Assembly: GCA_964016885.1 (NCBI GenBank)
Contig: OZ024740.1
Span: 45,942,001-46,006,000, forward strand
Length of the DNA: 64,000 nucleotides
Source: Eledone cirrhosa
Taxonomy: Eukaryota
Reading direction: 5' to 3'
Part shown: positions 43,271 through 57,800 of the stretch, in pieces
Layout of the letters: each line of letters starts with the position of its first letter
Numbering within the stretch: position 1 is the first letter of the stretch
The notes under the pieces: generated by a model
Seen by the model: only the letters and a program-made list of their open reading frames with translations
What the model was told of the DNA's origin: nothing
Database searches by the model: none
Translations under genes and position numbers: made by a program

Positions 43271-46200
43271 CGATCTACTCTCTATTGTTGTATGTAACAA
43301 GATATTGGTGTTGTACAGCAAGAATTAGGCCTACTGTCTATTGTTGTGTGTCACAAGAGATTGGTGGTTGTACAGCAAGAATTAGACCTACTGTCTATCG
43401 TTGTATGTAACAGGATATTGGTGATGTACAGCAAGAATTAGACCTACTGTCTATTGTTGTATGTAACAAGATATTGGTCTTGTACAGCCAGAATTATACC
43501 TACTGTCTGTTGTTGTGTGTAACAAGATATTGGTGTTGTACAACAAGAATTAGACCTACTGTCTGTTGTTGTATGTAACAAGATATTGGTGTTGTACAGC
43601 AAGAATTAGATCTACTGTCTATTGTTGTGTGTAACAAGACATTGGTGTTGTGGAGCAAGAATTAGATCTACTGTTTATTGTTGTGTGTAACAATACATTG
43701 GTGTTGTACAGCAAGAATTCGATCTACTGTCTATTGTTGTATGTAACAAGATATTGGTGTTGTACAGCAAGAATTAGGCCTACTGTCTGTTGTTGTGTGT
43801 AACAGGATATTGGTGTTGTACAGCAAGAATTAGACCTACTGTCTATTGTTGTATGTAACAAGATATTGGTGTTGTGCAGCAAGAATTAGGCCTAATGTCT
43901 ATAGTTGTAATTAGACATTCGTGTTGTACAGCAAGAATTAGATCTACTGTCTATTGTTGTATGTAACAAGATATTGGTGTTGTACAGCAAAAATTATATC
44001 TACTGTCTATTGTTGTATGTAACAAGATATTGGTGTTGTACAGCAAGAATTATACCTACTGTCTATTGTTGTATGTAACAAAATATTGGTGTTGTACAGC
44101 AAGAATTAGACCTACTGTCTGTTGTTGTGTGTAACAAGATATTGGTGTTGTACAGCAAGAATTAGACCTACTGTCTATTGTTGTATGTAACAAGATATTG
44201 GTGTTGTACAGCAAGAATTAGACCTGCTGTCTATTGTTGTGTGTAACAAGACATTGGTGTTGAACAGCAAGAATTAGATCTACTGTCTATTGTTGTCTGT
44301 AACAAGATATTGGTGTTGTACAGCAAGAATTAGGCCTACTGTCTATTGTTGTAATTAGACATTCGTGTTGTACAGCAAGAATTAGATCTACTGTCTATTG
44401 TTGTATGTAACAAGACATTGGTGTTGTACAGCAAGAATTAGATGTACTGTCTATAGTTGTATGTAACAAGACATTGGTGTTGTACAGCAAGAATTAGATC
44501 TACTGTCTATTGTTGTATGTAACAAGACATTGGTGTTGTACAGCAAGAATTAGGCCTACTGTCTATTGTTGTAATTAGACATTCGTGTTGTACAGCAAGA
44601 ATTAGATCTACTGTCTATTGTTGTATGTAACAAGATATTGGTGTTGTACAGCAAGAATTAGATCTACTGTCTATTGTTGTGTGTAACAAGACATTGGTGT
44701 TGTGCAGCAAGAATTAGATCTACTGTCTATTGTTGTGTGTCACAAGACATTAGTGTTGTACAGCAAGAATTAGATCTATTGTCTATGTTTGTATGTAACA
44801 AGATATTGGTGTTGTATAGCAAGAATTAGGCCTACTGTCTATTGTTGTGTGTAACAAGACATTGGTGTTGTACAGCAAGAACTAGGCTTACTGTCTATTG
44901 TTGTAATTAGACATTCGTGTTGTACAGCAAGATTTAGATCTACTGTCTATTGTTGTATGTAACAAGACATTGGTGTTGTACAGCAAGTATTAGATCTACT
45001 GTCTATTGTTGTATGTAACAAGACATTGGTGTTGTACAGCAAGATTAGGCCTACTGTCTATTGTTGTAATTAGACATTCGTGTTGTACAGCAAGAATTAG
45101 ATCTACTGTCTATTGTTGTATGTAACAAGACATTGGTGTTGTACAGCAAGAATTAGGCCTACTGTCTATAGTTGTAATTAGACATTCGTGTTGTACAGCA
45201 AGAATTAGGCCTACTGTCTGTTGTTGTGTGTAACAAGATATTGGTGTTGTACTGCAAGAATTAGACCTACTGTCTGTTGTTGTGTGTAACAGGATATTGG
45301 TGTTGTACAGCAAGAATTAGACCTACTGTCTATTGTTGTATGTAACAAGATATTGGTGTTGTACAGCAAGAATTAGGCCTACTGTCTATAGTTGTAATTA
45401 GACATTCGTGTTGTACAGCAAGAATTAGATCTACTGTCTATTGTTGTATGTAACAAGATATTGGTGTTGTACAGCAAGAATTAGACCTACTGTCTGTTGT
45501 TGTGTGTAACAAGATATTGGTGTTGTACAGCAAGAATTAGATCTACTGTCTATTGTTGTGTGTAACAAGATATTGGTGTTGTACAGCAAGAATGAGATCT
45601 ACTGTCTATTGTTGTGTGTAACAAGATATTCGTGTTTTACAGCAAGAATTAGGCCTACTGTCTATTGTTGTGTGTAACAAGACATTGGTGTTGTACAGCA
45701 AGAATTAGGCCTACTGTCTATTGTTGTAATTAGACATTCGTGTTGTACAGCAAGAATTAGATCTACTGTCTATTGTTGTATGTAACAAGATATTGGTGTT
45801 GTACAGCAAGAATTAGACCTACTGTCTATTGTTGTATGTAACAAGATATTGGTGTTGTACAGCAAGAATTAGACCTACTGTCTGTTGTTGTGTGTAACAA
45901 GACACTGGTGTTGTACAGCTAGAATTAGATCTAATGTCTATTGTTGTATGTAACAAGACATCGGTGTTGTACAGCAAGAATTAGACCTACAGTCTATTGT
46001 TGTGTGTTACAAGACATTGGTGTTGTACAGCAAGAATTAGATCTACTGTCTATTGTTGTGTGTAACAAGACATTGGTGTTGTACAGCAAGAATTAGGCCT
46101 ACTGTCTATTGTTGTGTGTAACAAGACATTGGTGTTGTACAGCAAGAATTAGGCCTACTTTCTATTGTTATAATTAGACATTTGTGTTGTACAGCAAGAA

Positions 46201-49200
46201 TTAGATCTACTGTCTATTGTTGTATGTAACAAGACATTGGTGTTGTACAGCAAGAATTAGGCTTACTGTCTATTGTTGTAATTAGACATTCGTGTTGTGC
46301 AGCAAGAATTAGATCTACTGTCTATTGTTGTATGTAACAAGATATTGGTGTTGTACAGCAAGAATTAGATCTACTGTCTATTGTTGTGTGTAACAAGACA
46401 TTGGTGTTGTGCAGCAAGAATTAGATCTAGTGTCAATTGTTGTATGTAACAAGATATTGGTGTTGTACAGCAAGAATTAGGCCTACTGTCTATTGTTGTG
46501 TGTCACAAGATATTGGTGTTGTACAGCTAGAATTAGATCTATTGTCTATTGTTGTATGTAACAAGATATTGGTGTTGTACAGCAAGAATTAGGCCTACTG
46601 TCTGTTGTTGTGTGTAACAAGATATTGGTGTTGTACAACAAGAATTAGACCTACTGTCTGTTGTTGTGTGTAACAAGATATTGGTGTTGTACAGCAAGAA
46701 TTCGATCTAGTGTCTATTGTTGTATGTAACAAGATATTGGTGTTGTACAGCAAGAATTAGGCCTACTGTCTATTGTTGTAATTAGACATTCGTGTTGTAC
46801 AGCAAGAATTAGATCTACTGTCTATTGTTGTATGTAACAAGATATTGGTTTTCTACAGAAAGAATTAGACCTACTGTCTATTGTTGTATGTAACAAGACA
46901 TTGGTGTTGTGCAGCAAGAATTAGATCTACTGTCTATTGTTGTGTGTAAAAAGACATTGGTGTTGTACAGCAAGAATTAGGCCTACTGTCTGCTGTTGTG
47001 TGTAACAAGATATTGGTGTTGTACAACAAGAATTAGACCTACTGTCTGTTGTTGTGTGTAACAAGAGATTGGTGTTGTACAGCAAGAATTCGATCTACTC
47101 TCTATTGTTGTATGTAACAAGATATTGGTGTTGTACAGCAAGAATTAGGCCTACTGTCTATTGTTGTGTGTCACAAGAGATTGGTGTTGTACAGCAAGAA
47201 TTAGACCTACTGTCTATCGTTGTATGTAACAGGATATTGGTGTTGTACAGCAAGAATTAGACCTACTGTCTATTGTTGTATGTAACAAGATATTGGTCTT
47301 GTACAGCAAGAATTATACCTACTGTCTGTTGTTGTGTGTAACAAGATATTGGTGTTGTACAACAAGAATTAGACCTACTGTCTGTTCTTGTATGTAACAA
47401 GATATTGGTGTTGTACAGCAAGAATTAGATCTACTGTCTATTGTTGTGTGTAACAAGACATTGGTGTTGTGGAGCAAGAATTAGATCTACTGTTTATTGT
47501 TGTGTGTAACAATACATTGGTGTTGTACAGCAAGAATTCGATCTACTCTCTATTGTTGTATGTAACAAGATATTGGTGTTGTACAGCAAGAATTAGGCCT
47601 ACTGTCTGTTGTTGTGTGTAGCAAGATATTGGTGTTGTACTGCAAGTATTAGACCTACTGTCTGTTGTTGTGTGTAACAAGATATTGGTGTTGTACAGCA
47701 AGAATTAGACCTACTGTCTATTGTTGTATGTAACAGGATATTGGTGTTGTACAGCAAGAATTAGACCTACTGTCTATTGTTGTATGTAACAAGATATTGG
47801 TGTTGTACAGCAAGAATTAGGCCTACTGTCTATAATTGTAATTAGACATTCGTGTTGTACAGCAAGAATTAGATCTACTGTCTATTGTTGTATGTAACAA
47901 GATATTGGTGTTGTACAGCAAGAATTAGACCTACTGTCTATTGTTGTGTGTAACAAGATATTGGTGTTGTACAGCAAGAATTAGATCTACTGTCTATAGT
48001 TGTATGTAACAAGACATTGGTGTTGTACAGCAAGAATTAGATCTACTGTCTATTGTTGTATGTAACAAGATATTGGTGTTGTACAGCAAGAATTAGATCT
48101 ACTGTCTATTGTTGTGTGTAACAAGACATTGGTGTTGTGCAGCAAGAATTAGATCTACTGTCTATTGTTGTGTGTCACAAGACATTGGTGTTGTACAGCA
48201 AGAATTAGATCTATTGTCTATTTTTGTATGTAACAAGATATTGGTGTTGTATAGCAAGAATTAGGCCTACTGTCTATTGTTGTGTGTAACAAGACATTGG
48301 TGTTGTACAGCAAGAACTAGGCTTACTGTCTATTGTTGTAATTAGACATTCGTGTTGTACAGCAAGATTTAGATCTACTGTCTATTGTTGGATGTAACAA
48401 GACATTGGTGTTGTACAGCAAGTATTAGATCTACTGTCTATTGTTGTATGTAACAAGACATTGGTGTTGTACAGCAAGATTAGGCCTACAGTCTATTGTT
48501 GTAATTAGACATTCGTGTTGTACAGCAAGAATTAGATCTACTGTCTATTGTTGTATGTAACAAGACATTGGTGTTGTACAGCAAGAATTAGGCCTACTGT
48601 CTATAGTTGTAATTAGACATTCGTGTTGTACAGCAAGAATTAGATCTACTGTCTATTGTTGTATGTAACAAGATATTGGTGTTGTACAGAAAGAATTAGA
48701 TCTACTGTCTATTGTTGTGTGTAACAAGACATTGGTGTTGTGCAGCAAGAATTAGATCTACTGTCTATTGTTGTGTGTAAAAAGACATTGGTGTTGTACA
48801 GCAAGAATTCGATCTACTGTCTATTGTTGTATGTAACAAGATATTGGTGTTGTACAGCAAGAATTAGGCCTACTGTCTATTGTTGTGTGTCACAAGAGAT
48901 TGGTGTTGTACAGCAAGAATTCGATCTACTCTCTATTGTTGTATGTATCAAGATATTGGTGTTGTACAGCAAGAATTAGGCCTACTGTCTGTTGTTGTGT
49001 GTAACAAGATATTGGTGTTGTACAACAAGAATTAGACCTACTGTCTGTTGTTGTGTGTAACAAGATATTGGTGTTGTACAGCAAGAATTCGATCTACTCT
49101 CTATTGTTGTATGTAACAAGATATTGGTGTTGTACAGCAAGAATTAGGCCTACTGTCTATTGTTGTGTGTCACAAGAGATTGGTGGTTGTACAGCAAGAA

Positions 49201-52200
49201 TTAGACCTACTGTCTATCGTTGTATGTAACAGGATATTGGTGATGTACAGCAAGAATTAGACCTACTGTCTATTGTTGTATGTAACAAGATATTGGTCTT
49301 GTACAGCCAGAATTATACCTACTGTCTGTTGTTGTGTGTAACAAGATATTGGTGTTGTACAACAAGAATTAGACCTACTGTCTGTTGTTGTATGTAACAA
49401 GATATTGGTGTTGTACAGCAAGAATTAGATCTACTGTCTATTGTTGTGTGTAACAAGACATTGGTGTTGTGGAGCAAGAATTAGATCTACTGTTTATTGT
49501 TGTGTGTAACAATACATTGGTGTTGTACAGCAAGAATTCGATCTACTGTCTATTGTTGTATGTAACAAGATATTGGTGTTGTACAGCAAGAATTAGGCCT
49601 ACTGTCTGTTGTTGTGTGTAACAGGATATTGGTGTTGTACAGCAAGAATTAGACCTACTGTCTATTGTTGTATGTAACAAGATATTGGTGTTGTGCAGCA
49701 AGAATTAGGCCTAATGTCTATAGTTGTAATTAGACATTCGTGTTGTACAGCAAGAATTAGATCTACTGTCTATTGTTGTATGTAACAAGATATTGGTGTT
49801 GTACAGCAAAAATTATATCTACTGTCTATTGTTGTATGTAACAAGATATTGGTGTTGTACAGCAAGAATTATACCTACTGTCTATTGTTGTATGTAACAA
49901 AATATTGGTGTTGTACAGCAAGAATTAGACCTACTGTCTGTTGTTGTGTGTAACAAGATATTGGTGTTGTACAGCAAGAATTAGACCTACTGTCTATTGT
50001 TGTATGTAACAAGATATTGGTGTTGTACAGCAAGAATTAGACCTGCTGTCTATTGTTGTGTGTAACAAGACATTGGTGTTGAACAGCAAGAATTAGATCT
50101 ACTGTCTATTGTTGTCTGTAACAAGATATTGGTGTTGTACAGCAAGAATTAGGCCTACTGTCTATTGTTGTAATTAGACATTCGTGTTGTACAGCAAGAA
50201 TTAGATCTACTGTCTATTGTTGTATGTAACAAGACATTGGTGTTGTACAGCAAGAATTAGATGTACTGTCTATAGTTGTATGTAACAAGACATTGGTGTT
50301 GTACAGCAAGAATTAGATCTACTGTCTATTGTTGTATGTAACAAGACATTGGTGTTGTACAGCAAGAATTAGGCCTACTGTCTATTGTTGTAATTAGACA
50401 TTCGTGTTGTACAGCAAGAATTAGATCTACTGTCTATTGTTGTATGTAACAAGATATTGGTGTTGTACAGCAAGAATTAGATCTACTGTCTATTGTTGTG
50501 TGTAACAAGACATTGGTGTTGTGCAGCAAGAATTAGATCTACTGTCTATTGTTGTGTGTCACAAGACATTAGTGTTGTACAGCAAGAATTAGATCTATTG
50601 TCTATGTTTGTATGTAACAAGATATTGGTGTTGTATAGCAAGAATTAGGCCTACTGTCTATTGTTGTGTGTAACAAGACATTGGTGTTGTACAGCAAGAA
50701 CTAGGCTTACTGTCTATTGTTGTAATTAGACATTCGTGTTGTACAGCAAGATTTAGATCTACTGTCTATTGTTGTATGTAACAAGACATTGGTGTTGTAC
50801 AGCAAGTATTAGATCTACTGTCTATTGTTGTATGTAACAAGACATTGGTGTTGTACAGCAAGATTAGGCCTACTGTCTATTGTTGTAATTAGACATTCGT
50901 GTTGTACAGCAAGAATTAGATCTACTGTCTATTGTTGTATGTAACAAGACATTGGTGTTGTACAGCAAGAATTAGGCCTACTGTCTATAGTTGTAATTAG
51001 ACATTCGTGTTGTACAGCAAGAATTAGGCCTACTGTCTGTTGTTGTGTGTAACAAGATATTGGTGTTGTACTGCAAGAATTAGACCTACTGTCTGTTGTT
51101 GTGTGTAACAGGATATTGGTGTTGTACAGCAAGAATTAGACCTACTGTCTATTGTTGTATGTAACAAGATATTGGTGTTGTACAGCAAGAATTAGGCCTA
51201 CTGTCTATAGTTGTAATTAGACATTCGTGTTGTACAGCAAGAATTAGATCTACTGTCTATTGTTGTATGTAACAAGATATTGGTGTTGTACAGCAAGAAT
51301 TAGACCTACTGTCTGTTGTTGTGTGTAACAAGATATTGGTGTTGTACAGCAAGAATTAGATCTACTGTCTATTGTTGTGTGTAACAAGATATTGGTGTTG
51401 TACAGCAAGAATGAGATCTACTGTCTATTGTTGTGTGTAACAAGATATTCGTGTTGTACAGCAAGAATTAGGCCTACTGTCTATTGTTGTGTGTAACAAG
51501 ACATTGGTGTTGTACAGCAAGAATTAGGCCTACTGTCTATTGTTGTAATTAGACATTCGTGTTGTACAGCAAGAATTAGATCTACTGTCTATTGTTGTAT
51601 GTAACAAGATATTGGTGTTGTACAGCAAGAATTAGACCTACTGTCTATTGTTGTATGTAACAAGATATTGGTGTTGTACAGCAAGAATTAGACCTACTGT
51701 CTGTTGTTGTGTGTAACAAGACACTGGTGTTGTACAGCTAGAATTAGATCTAATGTCTATTGTTGTATGTAACAAGACATCGGTGTTGTACAGCAAGAAT
51801 TAGACCTACAGTCTATTGTTGTGTGTTACAAGACATTGGTGTTGTACAGCAAGAATTAGATCTACTGTCTATTGTTGTGTGTAACAAGACATTGGTGTTG
51901 TACAGCAAGAATTAGGCCTACTGTCTATTGTTGTGTGTAACAAGACATTGGTGTTGTACAGCAAGAATTAGGCCTACTTTCTATTGTTATAATTAGACAT
52001 TTGTGTTGTACAGCAAGAATTAGATCTACTGTCTATTGTTGTATGTAACAAGACATTGGTGTTGTACAGCAAGAATTAGGCTTACTGTCTATTGTTGTAA
52101 TTAGACATTCGTGTTGTGCAGCAAGAATTAGATCTACTGTCTATTGTTGTATGTAACAAGATATTGGTGTTGTACAGCAAGAATTAGATCTACTGTCTAT

Positions 52201-54090
52201 TGTTGTGTGTAACAAGACATTGGTGTTGTGCAGCAAGAATTAGATCTAGTGTCAATTGTTGTATGTAACAAGATATTGGTGTTGTACAGCAAGAATTAGG
52301 CCTACTGTCTATTGTTGTGTGTCACAAGATATTGGTGTTGTACAGCTAGAATTAGATCTATTGTCTATTGTTGTATGTAACAAGATATTGGTGTTGTACA
52401 GCAAGAATTAGGCCTACTGTCTGTTGTTGTGTGTAACAAGATATTGGTGTTGTACAACAAGAATTAGACCTACTGTCTGTTGTTGTGTGTAACAAGATAT
52501 TGGTGTTGTACAGCAAGAATTCGATCTAGTGTCTATTGTTGTATGTAACAAGATATTGGTGTTGTACAGCAAGAATTAGGCCTACTGTCTATTGTTGTAA
52601 TTAGACATTCGTGTTGTACAGCAAGAATTAGATCTACTGTCTATTGTTGTATGTAACAAGATATTGGTTTTCTACAGAAAGAATTAGACCTACTGTCTAT
52701 TGTTGTATGTAACAAGACATTGGTGTTGTGCAGCAAGAATTAGATCTACTGTCTATTGTTGTGTGTAAAAAGACATTGGTGTTGTACAGCAAGAATTAGG
52801 CCTACTGTCTGCTGTTGTGTGTAACAAGATATTGGTGTTGTACAACAAGAATTAGACCTACTGTCTGTTGTTGTGTGTAACAAGATATTGGTGTTGTACA
52901 ACAAGAATTAGACCTACTGTCTGTTGTTGTGTGTAGCAAGATATTGGTGTTGTACTGCAAGTATTAGACCTACTGTCTGTTGTTGTGTGTAACAAGATAT
53001 TGGTGTTGTACAGCAAGAATTAGACCTACTGTCTATTGTTGTATGTAACAGGATATTGGTGTTGTACAGCAAGAATTAGACCTACTGTCTATTGTTGTAT
53101 GTAACAAGATATTGGTGTTGTACAGCAAGAATTAGGCCTACTGTCTATAATTGTAATTAGACATTCGTGTTGTACAGCAAGAATTAGATCTACTGTCTAT
53201 TGTTGTATGTAACAAGATATTGGTGTTGTACAGCAAGAATTAGACCTACTGTCTATTGTTGTGTGTAACAAGATATTGGTGTTGTACAGCAAGAATTAGA
53301 TCTACTGTCTATAGTTGTATGTAACAAGACATTGGTGTTGTACAGCAAGAATTAGATCTACTGTCTATTGTTGTATGTAACAAGATATTGGTGTTGTACA
53401 GCAAGAATTAGATCTACTGTCTATTGTTGTGTGTAACAAGACATTGGTGTTGTGCAGCAAGAATTAGATCTACTGTCTATTGTTGTGTGTCACAAGACAT
53501 TGGTGTTGTACAGCAAGAATTAGATCTATTGTCTATTTTTGTATGTAACAAGATATTGGTGTTGTATAGCAAGAATTAGGCCTACTGTCTATTGTTGTGT
53601 GTAACAAGACATTGGTGTTGTACAGCAAGAACTAGGCTTACTGTCTATTGTTGTAATTAGACATTCGTGTTGTACAGCAAGATTTAGATCTACTGTCTAT
53701 TGTTGGATGTAACAAGACATTGGTGTTGTACAGCAAGTATTAGATCTACTGTCTATTGTTGTATGTAACAAGACATTGGTGTTGTACAGCAAGATTAGGC
53801 CTACAGTCTATTGTTGTAATTAGACATTCGTGTTGTACAGCAAGAATTAGATCTACTGTCTATTGTTGTATGTAACAAGACATTGGTGTTGTACAGCAAG
53901 AATTAGGCCTACTGTCTATAGTTGTAATTAGACATTCGTGTTGTACAGCAAGAATTAGATCTACTGTCTATTGTTGTATGTAACAAGATATTGGTGTTGT
54001 ACAGAAAGAATTAGATCTACTGTCTATTGTTGTGTGTAACAAGACATTGGTGTTGTGCAGCAAGAATTAGATCTACTGTCTATTGTTGTG
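42905..54090. repeat. Higher-order tandem duplication, period 5819 bp; second copy is 504 bp (9 monomers) shorter
   Basis: ORF pairs 42921/48740 and 45110/50929 are offset by 5819, and AATGAG is at 45594/51413. Later the GTGTAGCAAG marker is at 47621/52936 (+5315 = 5819 - 9x56). Confidence 0.88.
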
Positions 54091-54889
54091 TGTAACAAGA
54101 CATTGGTGTTGTACAGCAAGAATTCGATCTACTGTCTATTGTTGTATGTAACAAGATATTGGTGTTGTACAGCAAGAATTAGGCCTACTGTCTATTGTTG
54201 TGTGTCACAAGACATTGGTGTTTTACAGCAAGAATTAGATCTATTGTCTATTGTTGTATGTAACAAGATATTGGTGTTGTACAGTAAGAATTAGATCTAC
54301 TGTCTATTGTTGTATGTAACAAGATATTGGTGTTGTACAGCAAGAATTAGACCTACTGTCTGTTGTTGTGTGTAACAAGATATTGGTGTTGTCCAGCTAG
54401 AATTAAACCTACTGTCTATTGTTGTATGTAACAAGATATTGGTGTTGTACAGCAAGAATTAGACCAACTGTCTGTTGTTGTGTGTAACAAGATATTGGTG
54501 TTGTACAACAAGAATTAGACCTAATATCTGTTGTTGTGTGTAACAATATATTGGTGTTGTACAGCAAGAATTAGACCTACTGTATGTTGTTGTGTTTAAC
54601 AAGATATTGGTGTTGTACAGCAAGAATTAGACCTACTGTCTATTGTTGTATGTAACAAGATATTGGTGTTGTACAGCAAGAATTAGATCTACTCTCTATT
54701 GTTGTATGTAACAAGACATTGGTGTTGTACAGCAAGAATTAGGCCTACTGTCTATTGTTGTAATTAGACATTCGTGTTGTGCAGCAAGAATTAGATCTAC
54801 TGTCTATTGTTGTATGTAACAAGATATTGGTGTTGTACAGCAAGAATTAGATCTACTGTCTATTGTTGTATGTAACAAGACATTGGTCT

Positions 54890-57800
54890 TGTACAGCAAG
54901 AATTAGGCCTACTGTCTATTGTTGTAATTAGACATTCGTGTTGTGCAGCAAGAATTAGATCTACTGTCTATTGTTGTATGTAACAAGATATTGGTGTTGT
55001 ACAGCAAGAATTAGATCTACTGTCTATTGTTGTGTGTAACAAGACATTGGTGTTGTGCAGCAAGAATTAGATCTAGTGTCTATTGTTGTGTGTAACAATA
55101 CATTGGTGTTGTACAGCAAGAATTCGATCTACTGTCTATTGTTGTATGTAACAAGATATTGGTGTTGTACAGCAAGAATTAGGCCTACTCTCTATTGTTG
55201 TGTGTAACAAGACATTGGTGTTGTACAGCAAGAATTAGGCTTACTGTCTATTGTTGCAATTAGACATTCGTGTTGTACAGCCAGAATTAAATCTACTGTC
55301 TATTGTTGTATGTAACAAGACATTGGTGTTGTACAGCAAGAATTAGATGTACTGTCTATTGTTGTATGTAACAAGACATTGGTGTTGTACAGCAAGAATT
55401 AGGCCTACTGTCTATTGTTGTAATTAGACATTCGTGTTGTACAGCAAGAATTAGATCTACTGTCTATTGTTGTATGTAACAAGATATTGGTGTTCTACAG
55501 CAAGAATTAGACCTACTGTCTATTGTTGTGTGTAAAAAGACATTGGTGTTGTACAGCAAGAATTCGATCTACTGTCTATTGTTGTATGAAACAAGATATT
55601 GGTGTTGTACAGCAAGAATTAGGCCTACTGTCTATTGTTGTGTGTCACAAGAGATTGGTGTTGTACAGCAAGAATTCGATCTACTCTCTATTGTTGTATG
55701 TAACAAGATATTGGTGTTGTACAGCAAGAATTAGGCCTACTGTCTGTTGTTGTGTGTAACAAGATATTGGTGTTGTACAACAAGAATTAGACCTACTGTC
55801 TGTTGTTGTGTGTAACAAGATATTGGTGTTGTACAGCAAGAATTCGATCTACTCTCTATTGTTGTATATAACAAGATATTGGTGTTGTACAGCAAGAATT
55901 AGGCCTACTGTCTATTGTTGTGTCACAAGAGATTGGTGTTGTACAGCAAGAATTAGACCTACTGTCTATTGTTGTATGTAACAGGATATGGTGTTGTACA
56001 GCAAGAATTAGACCTACTGTCTATTGTTGTATGTAACAAGATATTGGTCTTGTACAGCAAGAATTATACCTACTGTCTGTTGTTGTGTGTAACAAGATAT
56101 TGGTGTTGTACAACAAGAATTAGACCTACTGTCTGTTGTTGTATGTAACAAGATATTGGTGTTGTACAGCAAGAATTAGATCTACTGTCTATTGTTGTGT
56201 GTAACAAGACCTTGGTGTTGTGGAGCAAAAATTAGATCTACTGTCTATTGTTGTGTGTAACAATACATTGGTGTTGTACAGCAAGAATTCGATCTACTGT
56301 CTATTGTTGTATGTAACAAGATATTGGTGTTGTACAGCAAGAATTAGGCCTACTGTCTGTTGTTGTGTGTAACAAGATATTGGTGTTGTACTGCAAGAAT
56401 TAGACCTACTGTCTGTTGTTGTGTGTAACAAGATATTGGTGTTGTACAGCAAGAATTAGACCTACTGTCTATTGTTGTATGTAACAGGATATTGGTTTTG
56501 TACAGCAAGAATTAGACCTACTGTCTATTGTTGTATGTAACAAGATATTGGTGTTGTACAGCAAGAATTAGGCCTACTGTCTATAGTTGTAATTAGACAT
56601 TCGTGTTGTACAGCAAGAATTAGATCTACTGTCTATTGTTGTATGTAACAAGATATTGGTGTTGTACAGCAAGAATTAGACCTACTGTCTGTTGTTGTGT
56701 ATAACAAGATATTGGTGTTGTACAGCAAGAATTAGATCTACTGTCTATTGTTGTGTGTAACAAGATATTGGTGTTGTACAACAAGAATGAGATCTACTGT
56801 CTATTGTTGTGTGTAACAAGACATTGGTGTTGTACAGCAAGAATTAGATATACTGTCTATTGTTGTGTGTAACAAGATATTGGTGTGGTACAGCAAGAAT
56901 TAGGTCTACTGTCTATTGTTGTGTTTAACAAGATATTCGTGTTGTACAGCAAGAATTAGGCCTACTGTCTATTGTTGTAATTAGACATTCGTGTTGTACA
57001 GCAAGAATTAGATCTACTGTCTATTGTTGTATGTAACAAGATATTGGTGTTGTACAGCAAGAATTAGACCTACTGTCTATTGTTGTATGTAACAAGATAT
57101 TGGTGTTGTACAGCAAGAATTAGACCTACTGTCTGTTGTTGTGTGTAACAAGACACTGGTGTTGTACAGCTAGAATTAGATCTAATGTCTATTGTTGAAT
57201 GTAACAAGATATTGGTGTTGTACAGCAAGAATTAGATCTACTGTCTATTGTTGTGTGTAACAAGACATTGGTGTTGTGCAGCAAGAATTAGATCTAGTGT
57301 CTATTGTTGTGTGTAACAATACATTGGTGTTGTACAGCAAGAATTAGGCCTACTGTCTATTGTTGTAATTAGACATTCGTGTTGTGCAGCAAGAATTAGA
57401 TCTACTGTCTATTGTTGTATGTAACAAGATATTGGTGTTGTACAGCAAGAATTAGATCTACTGTCTATTGTTGTGTGTAACAAGACATTGGTGTTGTGCA
57501 GCAAGAATTAGATCTAGTGTCTATTGTTGTGTGTAACAATACATTGGTGTTGTACAGCAAGAATTCGATCTACTGTCTATTGTTGTATGTAACAAGATAT
57601 TGGTGTTGTACAGCAAGAATTAGGCCTACTCTCTATTGTTGTGTGTAACAAGACATTGGTGTTGTACAGCAAGAATTAGGCTTACTGTCTATTGTTGCAA
57701 TTAGACATTCGTGTTGTACAGCCAGAATTAAATCTACTGTCTATTGTTGTATGTAACAAGACATTGGTGTTGTACAGCAAGAATTAGATCTACTGTCTAT

